NCBI GenBank assembly: GCA_029953675.1
Contig: JAMWBK010000012.1
Span: 372,001 to 436,000, forward strand
DNA length: 64,000 bases
DNA from: Rhodosorus marinus CCMP1338
Lineage: Eukaryota > Plantae > Rhodophyta
Direction: 5' to 3'
Each line of letters starts with the position of its first letter. Within the stretch, counting starts at the first letter, position 1. Below the pieces are notes generated by a model. It saw only the letters and a list, made by a program, of their open reading frames with translations, was not told the origin of the DNA and searched no databases. A program made the translations under genes and the position numbers. This document shows, piece by piece, positions 1 to 12,799 of this stretch.

Positions 1-499
1 CTAAAATATTAGGTTTATTTTAAATATCATGAACGAATCATTAACGCCGGATTAGCTTACAGTACGGGTATGATTTTTCAAGCTTTGATAAACATTTCCT
101 CCCCTCTCTTCTCTCTTTTGAAAGCGCTGCCCATCAGCTTCGCGATATCCCTCCTTTTTGGTAGCTGATATCCTAAGATCTTAAAGAAGCTTGAACAAAA
201 ACTCTGAAACTCACCTCCAGAAAGGAGGGCAGCGTTACTACAAAACACCGCCAAGTAGTCACACGTTTGTGACTCCCTTTTCTCTCTCGCAGGACACCCA
301 CCTCGGCGTAGTTAGGTTTCCAGGAAACCATAGCGCCAAATTCCAGCTCGCCGGACACCCACCCGGGGTTGCCAGTTTTCCAGTAAGCACACCCCCAAGT
401 TCAGCGATGAATACAATCCCCACAATAGGTCGGGACGTTCCATGTTAGCACTCGCGGGAACCAACTGGCACCCGCTCATACCGCGCATTTTAGGACGAT

Positions 500-770
500 T
501 GCTTCGGCTCGAGCTCATCGCCCGGTACACCTCTGGCCATTGAGTGCTTTAGGCTTATGGATTCCGTTGGTTCTCGTTGGCTTCGGGAATAGTTCCGCGA
601 GCGCCCTGACCGTCTGTAGTCGTTGTTTACCCGTTTAAGTTTCTTGCTGTGGCGTATGGACGCTGCTTTGATGTTGGAGGCTGGCGATCTTCGCCGCGCT
701 TAGTCTTCTTTCTTCCATTGGGGTTTTTTTCTTTAAGCCTGCGATTACTTACAAATTCATTCATTCATAT
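500..770 (+). mobile_element. Degenerate 3' end of a family C-like CRE retrotransposon with (ATTC)n tail
   Basis: Aligns by eye to 59400-59645 (ATTGAGTGCTTT..GGATTCCGTTGGTTCTCG..CGCCGCGCTTAGTC), with stops and indels; ends TTCATTCATTCA. Confidence 0.75.
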
Positions 771-1045
771 TGTTTCTTTTCGTTCGCTCACATCAATCCT
801 TTTTTTTCAACAGAACAGACCAAAGTTCTTCAATCAGAATCAGAAAGGATGGAAAGTGCTTTCACACAAAAATGGTCGAATTAAATATGAGATTAGACGT
901 CAATCTCTTTTTAGTTCTCCAATCAGAATCAGAAAGAATGAAAACTACTTCTCACAAAATGGCCGAATTAGATGTAGATGAGATTAGACAAACTTTTCTC
1001 TCAGGGTGACCAAAGCGGTGGGGTGGAGAGGAGCCGCGGGGGGAT

Positions 1046-1190
1046 GAGGGGGAGAGGCTAGGTGCAGACTCCAGTTTTATGTTCGTATCCTCAAGACTTT
1101 ACAATGGTTTACCCTGGGGGAGGGAGGGGGAGAGGCTAGGTGCAGACTCCAGTTGTATGTTCGTATCCTCAAGACTTTACAATGGTTTAC
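1046..1190. repeat. Direct repeat, two 67-bp copies, 78-bp period
   Basis: GAGGGGGAGAGGCTAGGTGCAGACTCCAGTT(T/G)TATGTTCGTATCCTCAAGACTTTACAATGGTTTAC at 1046 and 1124. Confidence 0.9.
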
Positions 1191-2454
1191 ACTTTTTACG
1201 CATTTTTTCACTCCCTATATTTTCCATACTTTCCATATTTTTATACTTTTATACTTTTTATACCTTTTTTTTGCTTTGTTTGTCTAACTTTTAAAACATT
1301 GTTTTATTTTTTTTTATATCCGAGCCCAGTTTACCCTAGAACACTCTTTTTAGTACAGAGATTAACTATAATATTCCAAAAAGCCTTTTAAAATAAACAC
1401 AAAACCAAATACCGTAGATTTAGATGTTTTAGTTTTTTGGTACGTTTTTAACTAAGAAAATGGCCCACAAGGGAATGATTAGGGTTGTCATCTATCTCCA
1501 TTTGATAAAAAAACGTCCGATTTGCCCGTTCGATACATGCTTTTGTGGGACCTGTATTTAGCAATAATAGAACGTTTATTTTCTGTGGATCCTGTCTGAT
1601 ATGAGTTTATCAAACTGGAATAGAAAAAACAAAAAAAATGACTTTTTCGTCGTCTGATAAATGGTCCAATAACGAACGATTACGTCCAATTGTTGCTTTT
1701 TCATATTTTTCAGATTTTTTTGGTCGTGTTTGCAGTAGGGGGGCTCGACTAAAGTTTGATTTTCATCAATCAATACGTGAGGAAGGATATTTCGTCTTTT
1801 TCGTTGGAATCATCTAAAAAGGCGTGCGCTACTACGGAGGTGGTGGTTGCCTTGCTCGACCAATGCTATGACAGCCTGTCGAGTTCAGAAATAGTCATGA
1901 TTCATTCCATGAGATAATCGCAGTTTTTATTGCCGAAAAGTAGTCACGGTTCATGACATGGTAAATGCGAGAGCGGCGAGCTTGTCATACCACGCAGTAG
2001 TCATGATTCAATGCCAGACCCGGAGATGATTGATTATTAGACTAATGTTGATTGATTATCGGACCAGTTTATCGGAAGGGCAGAGGGACCTGGCTTTCCG
2101 AGAATTTCAATCGGATACCCCGTAATTTGATACTGATTTTCAATAGTCTTTACACTTCGAAAATTTATCAGACCGTCCGATAAACGTTATCGGACGGCCA
2201 GTGACAACAATAGACTGATCAATTCGACCGATGCCGATTTGAAGAGAATCTATCCATTACCCCTGAAACGTCAGTCTGCGACAGGGCTGTTCATCTGGAC
2301 TTTACTGGACATCAGCACGAGGCAAACTCTAGCAGGCGTCCAGACGCGGGTTCGGAGGAGAGATATATATAGTTTCGTTCGATGGACAAACAGTTTGCCG
2401 AATATTTAGATTGGTCCGATGCCGATGATAATTATCAACCAATGAACAAGCACA

Positions 2455-2625
2455 CGGTCCTAAACCGAAAGAAAACCCCCCGAAGGGGAAAAGAAAGGCT
2501 ATATGCGCCGCGAAGATCGCGCGCCTCCAACATCGAAGCATCGAAGCAGCGTTCATATGCCACAGCAAGAGAGTTAAACGGGTAAACAACGTGGGCAAGA
2601 CGGTCAGGGCGTGCGCGGAACAATT
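2455..2625 (-). mobile_element. Degenerate family C-like CRE 3' fragment
   Basis: Reverse complement matches CGCCCTGACCGTCT..TTGTTTACCCGTTTAA..GATGTTGGAGGCGCG. Confidence 0.65.
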
Positions 2626-3333
2626 CCCGAAGCCAACGAGAACCAACGGAATCCGTAAACCAGAGGTACCAGCCGGTAAGCTAGAGCGGCTGCGCGACAT
2701 TGCTAAATTAGCGTCTCGGGACGGTCCCACCGCCCCGGAACGGCTTTTGTTTTGTAATGTATATCCACGACGTGAGAAGTGATTGACGCAAGGTTGGTTT
2801 GCTGGTGGTGCGCAGTTCAGGCGCTTTCCATTTCTAGCTTCGTCGCACGCCCTGCGTAGCGCTTCAGGCTATGCTACTAGAAAGTAGTTTTCTACCCCAC
2901 TCTGGGGTCTCCCCAGCCTAGCCCCTCCTGTCTTCCTTGCGTATCTTTAGCGCTACATTCGGTAGTTGGAATAAACGGGAACAGTAGATCCATCTATTGG
3001 TCAAGAAGAACGGGTTGATTGTACATTCGCCCTCATAGTGGGGGTTACTCACATAGTCAGTCAAATTCGAGTCCAATAGAATGAATGAGCAATGAATATG
3101 TAATCCGTTTATTGCGTAAGGGAACTCAATGGGCTCAAAACTGCGGAGCAAGTCGATAGCTTCCCGTCGAGTGCGGCGAGTACATATAATGCGTCCGCAT
3201 GTATTGGTAGGCAGTTTGTAGGGGGCGTGGAGTGCAAGCAGAGCGGTTAGAAAGTTGCGGACGTGAACGTGACTTGCAGAACAATAGGGTGAATCGATTA
3301 CGTGAGGTGTCTGCTTCTCCTCTCTTCGGAAAC

Positions 3334-5341
3334 ATGCACCGACTTGCAGCGTTCATGCTGCTGAGCATGGTCGTTTCGAAGCTTACTGCAGGTGCGACAT
3401 GTGACGCAGACCCTAAGAAGGGTTTGTTTGGTTACGAAGAAGCGTGTTTTGACCTTCTCGATATTGATGGTGTTAAACACGGGGCCGTGTGTACCTCCAC
3501 CCTTGTCACAACAAGTGGGATGTGCCTTCGCGCCGAGTTCACCCTCCAGAACACGGACTCATCGCTATTGAAACTGCGGGGAGGGCTCCACAAGATGGGC
3601 GACCCTGTCACTAAAGGGTCGTCGAGGTATACCCGCAAGTTAAATATTGACATCGCGGAATCACCATATCTTCAGAGTGCTAGCCTTTATTTCTGTCCGA
3701 GTGATATCTCCGTGCTAGAATTACCGTGCTGCGGATCAGATCTCAACTTCCTCGGATTTGCTAGGATTGCCGTACCCGGACCTGATCCAGATTCTGAGCG
3801 AGTGGAAGTAAAGGCATATGTCAATCCTCAACCGACCACTGCCAAAGGCATCTGCAACGGAAGGACGACATTTGGAGGCCGGGTTGAATTTCTCTGTGCT
3901 TTGAAACTGACCTGCGATAGTTGCCCTAGTAGTGCATGTAATAACAACGGCATTTGCGTAGAAGCGAGCAATTACGCGTGCGGTGGTGACCTGACGGTAA
4001 AACCCAAAACCTCCGTACGCTTTCATCAACGCGGACACCCCCTGATAAATAGGTATTTGGAATCGTTTCTTTCTTCTTCAACCAGGGCATGGCCAACCCG
4101 GCAACGGGGGAGTGTAGTTGCAGTTGCGCTATTGACCATGCAGGGTGTATAGACGCAGCAGCAAACAACCAATGCCGGGATGTCTCCGAATACGGACAAG
4201 GAAACTGTAGTGGGAAGCAGGTAAGCAGGACCCGTCACAGTCGAACAGCAGCAGCCCAGATTCAGGTCATGCATCGCTCTCGCACAGCTCCTCACGGCGA
4301 AAGTGTACGCAACTGAACGACTTATGACCCTCTCAGGTTGGCGGTATGAACTCAACTGACGGTTCTTGTCAATGTGAAGATGTGACGTGCGAAGACAACG
4401 AGTGCTTTGACCCAATCCAGGGCTGCCACAGTATCGAGTCTTCTCCGTTTTGCGATGCGGTAAGCTACACTGATCCTGGGCTGGACTCTTTTGGCGTTCC
4501 TCTCGTCGCTGAACGCATGTTGCCCGCTTTACAATGATCATTGAGTAGCTGGCAGGTTCAGTTGTTTATGCGGACGGTGATGGTAATTGTTCGTGCTGCC
4601 CAACAGGCTCTTGTGCCGTCGGTTCGGGAGATATCGAGTGTATTGCTGTCAGTGATTTCGCAACGACTTGTATGTTTGCCGTAAGTACCCTCGAGCAACA
4701 TCATTCTCCCTTTCCTCTTCAGAGACAGTCCTGGCGGGGGCGTATCTGGGAGAAAAGCATATCGGATCGTTACTGGAAGGTCTGACCTGTTGAACTCGTT
4801 TGGTGATTCCTCTCAACACAGTCCGCTATTACCGACTCTCAAGGGCGATGTCACTGCTGTTCTGAGCACCCCGATCACTGCTTCGACAGTGACAAACAAA
4901 GGTGTGTGGGAGCCTTGGAGAGGAAAGAGACTTGTGATGCCAGAGCAGCAGTCGATCCGGACGGACGTCAGGTACGAATGCGTTTACAAATTCCATTCAT
5001 TCAACTTCGGAAACTATTTCCAGAATTTCGTGGCCGGTGAATCTTCACGGAATTTCCTCTGAGCTCTTCTCGGCTTCCCCCGCCGAATTCCCTAACCTGT
5101 AACGGGAGGAATAGGAACGAACCTCGACTCACATACACTTTCTGCGCGATTGCTATCTCAGTTCGCTCCTGCCATAGACTCCGGATTTTGCTCGTGCTGC
5201 TCAGATGTTGGGCCCAATGGGTATTCTTGCGTCACAGCTTCTCAATATTGCGTCTTCCGCGAAGATTTTGCGAACGCCTACTGCAACGGACTTTCTCCAG
5301 ATGTAGACGCTTCCGGCAACTGCGAATGTCCCAGCACGTAG
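3334..5341 (+). CDS. Multi-exon secreted Cys-rich protein (signal peptide, Cys-rich domain, then EGF/laminin-like Cys repeats)
   Basis: ATG 3334 gives MHRLAAFMLLSMVVSKLTAG. Cys-rich short ORFs (4089-4316, 4346-4537, 5150-5341) are separated by GTAAG...AG introns (donors about 4221, 4459, 4681). AATAAA follows the stop. Exon boundaries are approximate. Confidence 0.7.
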
Positions 5342-5849
5342 CAATAAATAATCAAATTTTCATCTTCAAAACTAGAGAAGGACCAGTAGAATGGATGGAT
5401 AGCAGAATGAGATATCCGGCAACTTCATTGGCAAGCTCCACAAACGGATGCTAAAAAAAGCTAGAACAGGAGAGTCCTTCCTGAGCCCACTCGGACAGGA
5501 TGGTGGTGGTTGATATTGTAGGCTGGAATGTACAGGAAGCGGCCGGAACTGGAACAGGTGCAGACGCAGGTACAGGGCAGGGTGCTACAGGCGCAACTTC
5601 TGCCGAAGGGGCCATCGGCAGGGGGCTACGACACCCTCCATTCGGAGGCAAAGCCCCTGGGAACGTCATTTCCGAAGCGGTGTCTTTTAAGGAATATAAC
5701 TTCAGCTTTATCACGTCAATGATCCAAAGTCCGAACCGAAAACCGTAAAACCCACCAGCCCCGTAGCGTTTATTCGGCAGCCACCTACCGCAGCGCAAAT
5801 ACTCCCTCAAAGCGCTCTTAGCTGGCTTTATTTGCAAGCGGCTTTATTG

Positions 5850-8350
5850 ACTATTTTTTATAACCTCAGCCTAAAGCGCTACGCAAACCGTTAAAGAGAA
5901 CTAAGAACTAGGTAGGGAAGCGTACCCAGGCGACGATGGTGCGCCTCGGCATGCATGCTGCTCGAATATCCCCACGGAGAGACACTTAAACGCCGCAAAA
6001 GTTCCAAGTACTCAACAGGATGCTCAGGGAAACATTTCCGCAACCACTCCAAACCCGATTTCTCCACGTGACCAAAGCTTTCCACGATGAAAGGCTGGAA
6101 CCGGTGGGAGCGACCCTCAGCGCGAGGCAGACTGGCCATACTCTCAGCATACCGTCGTCCCTTCACGCGGCGAAAGGCCGAAGCAGCTGCTCCCCGGCGG
6201 CGGGCGGCAGCCGTGAGATTGGCGCTTGCCACAGGGCATGTCATCGCGAGGTCAACATATGCTGAGCGTCTGGCGGCAGCATCGGAGACGAGGAGATCTG
6301 CGATACAGCGGGGCGGTTCCCTATCCGAGACCGATCTGGGTAGTTCCGATTCCACCTCAACCGTATGGCCTACCCGAGTCAAACATTCGCTGAGAATGTA
6401 CTTGAAGCGAGTGTGACGCCTCGTACGAAGACCTCTCAACAGTCCGCATGAACCTAAGAAATGGTAACCTCAAGCATCGATCCGACTCTCACATCCCTGA
6501 CAGAAAGACGGCCGATTAGAGTGCCACGAAGCTTGTGGCAAACCCAGGTAAGTCCGTGCGGCGGAGCGAAACTGGAAGGCATCCAGACGGTGACCCAGCG
6601 ATGACGGCAGGGTCCTTAACCACAAATGTGATAGATGGCCTCCCATGCCGCGGAGGCGAGCGGCGGTGGTAGGCGGTGTGAGTGGAGAGTTGAGCAAGAT
6701 TGCGTGAGCGGCACAGTGTTGGCTAGAGGTGAGGCTAGGTTGAATCACATCAGTGGGCGAGCTCCACGATCGTCTCAGACCCCGGTAATCGGCAACCGGT
6801 GACCCGGGGCTAGCTTCCCCCTCGTCAGCGAGTACTCTGTCGATGGTAGAGTCCTAGAGCGCTTCAGTCCGTCCCCATAACAGCTCCTTCCAGGAGCTAA
6901 ATCTGGATCGGCTCTCGTCCGGCACGGCGTTGCACTTACTGAACGCCTGTTGCAAGCATCATAGATACTCAAAAGCGGTGGCGGAAGGGTCACTGGGTCT
7001 TCGCTAGTCAGTGCTCTAGCCAGAAGGCAAGCACCTCGCATCCGAAGACTCACCAAGGTGCGAAGCGCGATAGCGCAGGAGGCGACCGCCGCAGCCGAGC
7101 ATACGAGTCCGCGGTCGGCCACTCCAAATCCGCCTAATCGTAAAGGTAGAGCAATCTGGTCACGAATTAGGTCCCTGTCAGGACCCACCTCCACGTCCAG
7201 GGGTTCATCCAAGAGCGTTCCCCAGTGCTTCAGCATCGCCTCCTCCGCCTTGGCTGCCATCCACGAGCCCCAGTGCGGTGGACGGCTTCGCAGCCAGTAT
7301 TTCAGTCGGGGGCCGGCACAAAAGCGGGAGAGCAGGCAAGCCAATTGGGGCATGTTTTCCGGTAGGCGCTCAATGGCGTCGGTGAGCTGCTTATGCCGTG
7401 CTAAAACTCGTTCGTAAGAGTCTTGGACAAAGTTGCCACTCCCCAAATCGAGGCCATAGCGCTCGAACCCCGCACGTTTACCAAGGGCTCGGAGACTAGG
7501 TGGCAGGGAGCCCCTCGAAATTTCACGCGCGCCGAGAAAACGGCTTTTTTCGGGTTCCACGGCTAGACCTACTCAACGGGCGATTGCTTCGATCTGGGTC
7601 AATTCCCGAGCCAAGTGCCCAGCAACGTCACGTCGTCATAGAAGGCACAGATGCGAAGCTCCGGCACCTCAGTCGCCAGTCGCTGGAGCACAAGCTGCAA
7701 GGCATAGGCGTGAAGTACAGGCCCACAAGGATCACTCTGTTGAACGCCAGTACGTGCTGCAAAAACAGAGCCCTGCGTTGTCAAGCAAGGGAGGCTCCCC
7801 CCTGCGTAAATACCGGATAGGAACGGCCGCGCCTCCGGGAACACCCTTCGAATCACCTCCAAAGCATGAGTCCGCGAGACGCTGTTGAACGCGTTACGGA
7901 AGTCAACCACCAAAACGCCCCAATCTGGCCTACTGACTCGCTCCAGCTCGATCGCATGAGTGATCAGTTCGCAACCCCCGGAAAATCCCACCCCTACCCG
8001 CCAAGGCGCCATAAAAACGGTGACCCGCTGGCGTAGGCGCTGGCATCCGCTTAAGTTTCCTGCTGTGGCGCATGAATGCCGCTTTGATGTTGGAGGCGCG
8101 AGTTCTTCGCCGCACTTAGTCTTTTTTTCCCCTCGGGGTTTTTTTTTCAGCCTCCGATTAAACCATTCGTTCGGCATAGGCACCTCCCGGCGAGCTTCCG
8201 TAGACTCTCGACCATGCCGATCGGCCGGAGACGCGGGTGTGCCGGCTCGTTGTCGGGTTTCGTTGGCAAGCAAAGCTGTGCCCGTCGCAGATGGTCCCAA
8301 AGGGCAGACGCACCCCCTGCACCCTGGAACAGCGTTCCTAACATAGCTTT
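5850..8350 (-). mobile_element. CRE non-LTR retrotransposon, family A1, 5'-truncated and frameshifted (RT to RLE to tail)
   Basis: RPIGMVESLRKLA, QVGVG, DFRNAFNS, GVQQSDPCGP, LPLRLGGFG, CQGC..H..C, RRH, ADLL..YVD..ESFG motifs in ORFs 8147-8344, 7599-8300, 6775-7560, 6470-6748, 5891-6439. Confidence 0.92.
8047..8172 (+). mobile_element. 126-bp family C 3'-end insertion inside the A1 RT, 5-bp TSD GGCAT
   Basis: GGCAT at 8042-8046 and 8173-8177; the empty site is reconstructable from the RT copy at about 50020. Confidence 0.9.
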
Positions 8351-8579
8351 AAGTGCTACGAAAAGCCTGAAACGAAAAACTAAGAACTAGGGAGAGAAGC
8401 GTGCAAGCCGAGCCGACGACGGCGCCCCTCGGCATCAATGCTGCTAGAGTATCGCCAAAGAGATACAACGAAACGGCGTAAGAGTTTCATGTATTCCACA
8501 GCATGGTCAGGAAACCATTTCCGCCCGCGGCCACTCCAATCCCGACTTCTCCAAATGGCCAAACGTTTCTAGAATGAAG

Positions 8580-10460
8580 GGCGCTATGCTAATAAAGCCA
8601 TTGAGCACCTACCCGACAGCATGCTGCAATCGGCCTGCTTGCTTTCCCGCTTTTGTGCCGGTCCCAGACTCAACTACTGGTTGCGCAGCCTGCCTCCAGC
8701 TTGGGGCTCGTGGATCGCGGCTAAAGCCGACGAGATGACCCTGCAACACTGGGGAACGCTCTTGGATGAGCCCCTCGATCTTGAAGCTGCTCCCGACAGG
8801 GACTTGATTCGTGCACAGATCGCTCTACCGTTGCGATTAGGGGGATTCGGCGTCGCAGACTGTGGGCTGGTATGCTCGCCAGCGGCGGTTGCCTCCTGGG
8901 CTACCGCGCTGCGAACGTTGGTGACCTTCCAGATACGAAGTGCCTGCCTCTTGGCTCGAGCTTTGACCAACGAGGATCCAGTGACCCTGCCGCCCCCGCT
9001 TTTGACAATTTATGATGGTCTTCAACACGCGTTCAGGAGGTGCAACGCCGTGCCGGACGCAAATCGGTCCCGCTTTCGTTCCTGGAGAGAGCTGTTATGG
9101 GGACGAGCTGAAGCGATTGAGGATTGTCCCCTCGACCGAGTTCTTGCCGATGACGGAGAGGCTAGCCCCGGGTCACCTGTTGCAGACTACCCGGGTTTCA
9201 GCCGACTGTGGAGCTCCCGCACTGATGTGATTCAACATAGCCTCACCTGGGGCCAACACAGTGCCGCTCTCACATTCATGCTCAATTCTCCTCTCACGCC
9301 GCCTACCACTGCCGCTCGTCTCCGCGGCATGGGAGGCCACCTCTCGCACTTGTGGTTAACCACTCTACCGTCGTCATTGAGTCATCGTCTCGATGCTTTC
9401 CAGTTCCGTTCTACCGCACGGATCTATCTCGGTTTTGCCACAGGCTCCGTGGCACTCTAATCGGCCGTCTTTCTGTCAGGGATGTGAGAGCCGGATTGAC
9501 GCTTGTGGCTACCACTTCCTGGGTTCCTGCGGACTGTTGAGAGGTCTCCGTACGAGGCGTCACACTCGCCTCAAGTACATCCTCAGCGAATTTTTGACTC
9601 GGATAGGGCATACGGTTGAGGTTGAGTCGGAACTGCCCAGATCAATCTCGGACTCTGCACCGCCCCGTTGTATAGCCGATCTCCTCGTCTCCGACGCTGC
9701 TGCCGGACGCTCAACATATGTGGACCTTGCGATTACCTGCCCCGTGGCCAGCGCCCACCTCACCGCAGCCTCCCGCCGCCGGGGGGCCGCGGCTTCAGCC
9801 CTTCGAAGAGTTAAGGAACGACGGTATGCTGAGAGCATGGCCAGTCTGCCTTGCTCTGAGGGTCGCTCTCACCGGTTCCAGCCATTCCTCGTGGAAAGCT
9901 TTGGTCACGTGGATAATTCGTGTTTAGAGTGGTTGCGGAAATGTTTTGCTGAGCATCCTACTGAATATTTGGCGCTCTTGAGGCGTTGCCGTGGATCTGC
10001 CGCCGCCAGCATGAGACGCCGCAAAGAGATCAAATACGCGGGGGCTTTGTCTTCCCCTGGTGTTCGTGCTTCGGCACTAGCACATCGCTTGGTACCCCTG
10101 ATCATTGAGTGCTTTGGGTTCATGGACTCTGTTGGTTCTCGCTGGCTTCGGGAGTTGTTCCGCGAACGCCCTGACCGTCTTCAATCGTTGTTTACCCGCT
10201 TAAGTTTCCTGCTGTGGCGCATGAATGCCGCTTTGATGTTGGAGGCGCGAGTACTTCGCCGCGCTTAGTCTTTTTTTCCCCTCGGGGTTTTTTTTTCAGC
10301 CTCCGATTAAACCATTCGTTCTTGAGGCGTTTAAGTGTCTCCCTTTGGCGATATTCCAGCCACATGCTTTCCGAGGCGTGCCATCGGCGCCTGGGGTTGC
10401 ATGCTTCCCTCCCTAGTTATTAGTTCATCTTCACGCCTTGCGTAGCGCTTCAGGCTATTT
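8580..10460 (+). mobile_element. CRE family A2, 5'-truncated (post-RT, zinc knuckle, RLE)
   Basis: ORFs 8621-9460 and 9393-; 3' end CCCTAGTTATTAGTTCATCTTCACGCCTTGCGTAGCGCTTCAGGCTA at about 10410-10460. Confidence 0.92.
9988..10320 (+). mobile_element. 333-bp family C 3' insertion in A2, 11-bp TSD CTTGAGGCGTT
   Basis: TSD at 9977-9987 and 10321-10331. Confidence 0.93.
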
Positions 10461-10564
10461 CTCACACCCGCTTCTATTTCCATTTCAGTCGCCGCGTAAT
10501 AGGGTTATAGAATTCACCTGTTACCTCATATTTTCAGTAGGAAAAAGTACCCTTTATATCGAGT

Positions 10565-11117
10565 CTTGAACCTGTTATACCGGGAACTTCGGCCTATAGT
10601 CCGGCAAGCCGGTCTGGAAATCGAACGTGAGAAACCTTTACCCGTCGCGGACTTTCAAAATGATGAACGCCGTGTAGCCGACCTGGTGATCACCTGTGAC
10701 GACAGCCGCCGTACCACATACGTTGATCTTGCTGTTCCTAACCCTCAAGCTAGTCGTTATCTCCCGGCTGCGGGGGAGCGCCGTGGATCTGCCGCCGCCA
10801 GCATGAGACGCCGCAAAGAGATCAAATACGCGGGGGCTTTGTCTTCCCCTGGTGTTCGTGCTTCGGCACTAGCACATCGCTTGGTACCCCTGATCATTGA
10901 GTGCTTTGGGTTCATGGACTCTGTTGGTTCTCGCTGGCTTCGAGAGTTGTTCCGCGAACGCCCTGACCGTCTTCAATCGTTGTTTACCCGTTTAAGTTTC
11001 CTGCTGTGGCGCATGAATGCCGCTTTGATGTTGGAGGCGCGAGTACTTCGCCGCGCTTAGTCTTTTTTTCCCCTCGGGTTTTTTTTTTTTTCAGCCTCCG
11101 ATTAAACCATTCGTTCG
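10565..11117 (+). mobile_element. 5'-truncated family C CRE (RLE domain), TSD TTATATCGAGT
   Basis: ORF 10566-11060 with ERRVADL..YVDLAVPNP..KEIKY..ECFG; TSD at 10554-10564 and 11118-11128. Confidence 0.93.
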
Positions 11118-11129
11118 TTATATCGAGTA

Positions 11130-11640
11130 CTGGTGGTACTGTAACACGGTAGTAGACCAACACCTGGGGGGGAAAAGGGATGAAGTTGGAGAAGGATCTG
11201 ATGTCATCAACGTGGAAGTCGTTTCTATCTTTCAAGCAAAAAGTTCTTCTTTTCAAACGATGTGAGGGGATGTTGAGGAATTGAGAGCCACGCGCCAAAA
11301 GTGGAGAAATTCCGGCTCTGGGGAGAGGGTATACGGGCCAGGGGAGGACCATCGTCAACCTTAGCTGGAGCTGTCCCTGGTTTACATACAACGCTGACCA
11401 CGTTTGAAGCCCCGTGGCGGAGGATCTCAAGGAGGCGATCTGGAGACAAAAGTTTTGTTGCAGCCGTTGACACCCGGGCCGAAATCACTCAAGGGATGGA
11501 GTAAAGCTTGCAATCTCTCAGTTTGACTCAAATCGCAAAACGTTTTGGCTGATCAAGGGATCCCTCCATCCCGGTGTCAATGACAAGGGTTTTACCCCCG
11601 TCGAGCGGTATCCCTTTCCAGATATCTTTTGACGTGTTTG
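11130..11640 (-). pseudogene. Possible retroelement aspartic-protease relic
   Basis: Minus strand reads KTLVIDTGMEGS, then (after a frameshift) LISQNVL and later GVNG; resembles the retropepsin DTG motif; heavily decayed. Confidence 0.3.
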
Positions 11641-12180
11641 GCTTCACATTATGCAAGGGAACCGGCAGCGAAACTCCTTGAGGGGATGGCAAGCGCGGCC
11701 GAACTCGTGCGCATCAGTCCCAACAGTCTTCTGGTCGAGTGTGGTACATATTTGAGCTCACGCAGATTTCATTTATTCAAACCACACACAACGATTTTTA
11801 CCTATAGTTACGCGCTAATCTGTCTAAACAAATTCATTCAATCTGTCACGCACATTCATTTCATTTCAACCTGTCCACTCCGCAGGGCACGGTGTTGAGG
11901 GAGAAGAAGTCAAAGACCCGGCGTTTATAAGTGAGACTTTATAGGACTCTAGCCACTGGTTGAATATCTAGGAGTATCTGGGTGGTTTGATTAGAGTTTG
12001 AGAGTCTTTCTTTGGCTAGGTCATGAGATGGCGAGCTTTCTAAAGCGAGAGCTCTTCCGCTCTCCGGCGTGCAACGGGTCAATACCTGACTTGACATTGC
12101 TCAAAGCAATCAAGATACAATTTAGGAGAGTCGTAGAATCTCACTTCTAAACCACCGCGTCCCTGACTTCTTCTCCTTCA

Positions 12181-12500
12181 ACGCCGCCAGCATGAGACGC
12201 CGCAAAGAGATCAAATACGCGGGGGCTTTGTCTTCCCCTGGTGTTCGTGCTTCGGCACTAGCACATCGCTTGGTACCCCTGATCATTGAGTGCTTTGGGT
12301 TCATGGACTCTGTTGGTTCTCGATGGCTTCGGGAGTTGTTCCGCGAACGCCCTGACCGTCTTCAATCGTTGTTTACCCGCTTAAGTTTCCTGCTGTGGCG
12401 CATGAATGCCGCTTTGATGTTGGAGGCGCGAGTACTTCGCCGCGCTTAGTCTTTTTTTCCCCTCGGGGTTTTTTTTTCAGCCTCCGATTAAACCCTTCAT
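12181..12500 (+). mobile_element. 5'-truncated family C 3' end
   Basis: ORF 12192-12449 is identical in protein to the other C copies; T-tract/CCCCTCGGGG/T-tract 3' UTR. Confidence 0.9.
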
Positions 12501-12799
12501 TCAATCCATAAAAGGGTTCATTTCATAAAAGGCATAAGAGACAGGAAAATCGAGGGCTTGACACCGCATCCCTTGTAAATTCTTAGACTTTTGGGGTATT
12601 CCCCTCAGTTTTTGTGTTTTTTTTTCAACCCCCGATTGATCCCATTCATTCAATCTGTCTACTAAACGGAGGTGACAAAGCTAGAAAAATGTCGGTGGAA
12701 CATTATTTTGTGTCCAGTTGAGGTCAAGGGCGCTCAGCTGGATTAAGCATTACCATCCTTGCGGTTCGATATGATAACTGGTTCTAACGATCCATCCAA

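Noticed and set aside
3232-4152. 306-aa single-exon ORF as called by the ORF track
   Set aside because: The real start is probably 3334 and the frame leaves via an intron near 3997; the C-terminal part is intron read-through.
5451-5837. Ala/Pro- or Gly/Thr-rich short ORFs
   Set aside because: Low complexity, no recognisable domain, and cannot be tied to a gene model.
10269-10300. Hairpin plus T-tract as a bacterial intrinsic terminator
   Set aside because: It is the 3' UTR of the eukaryotic family C retroelement and is repeated with every copy.
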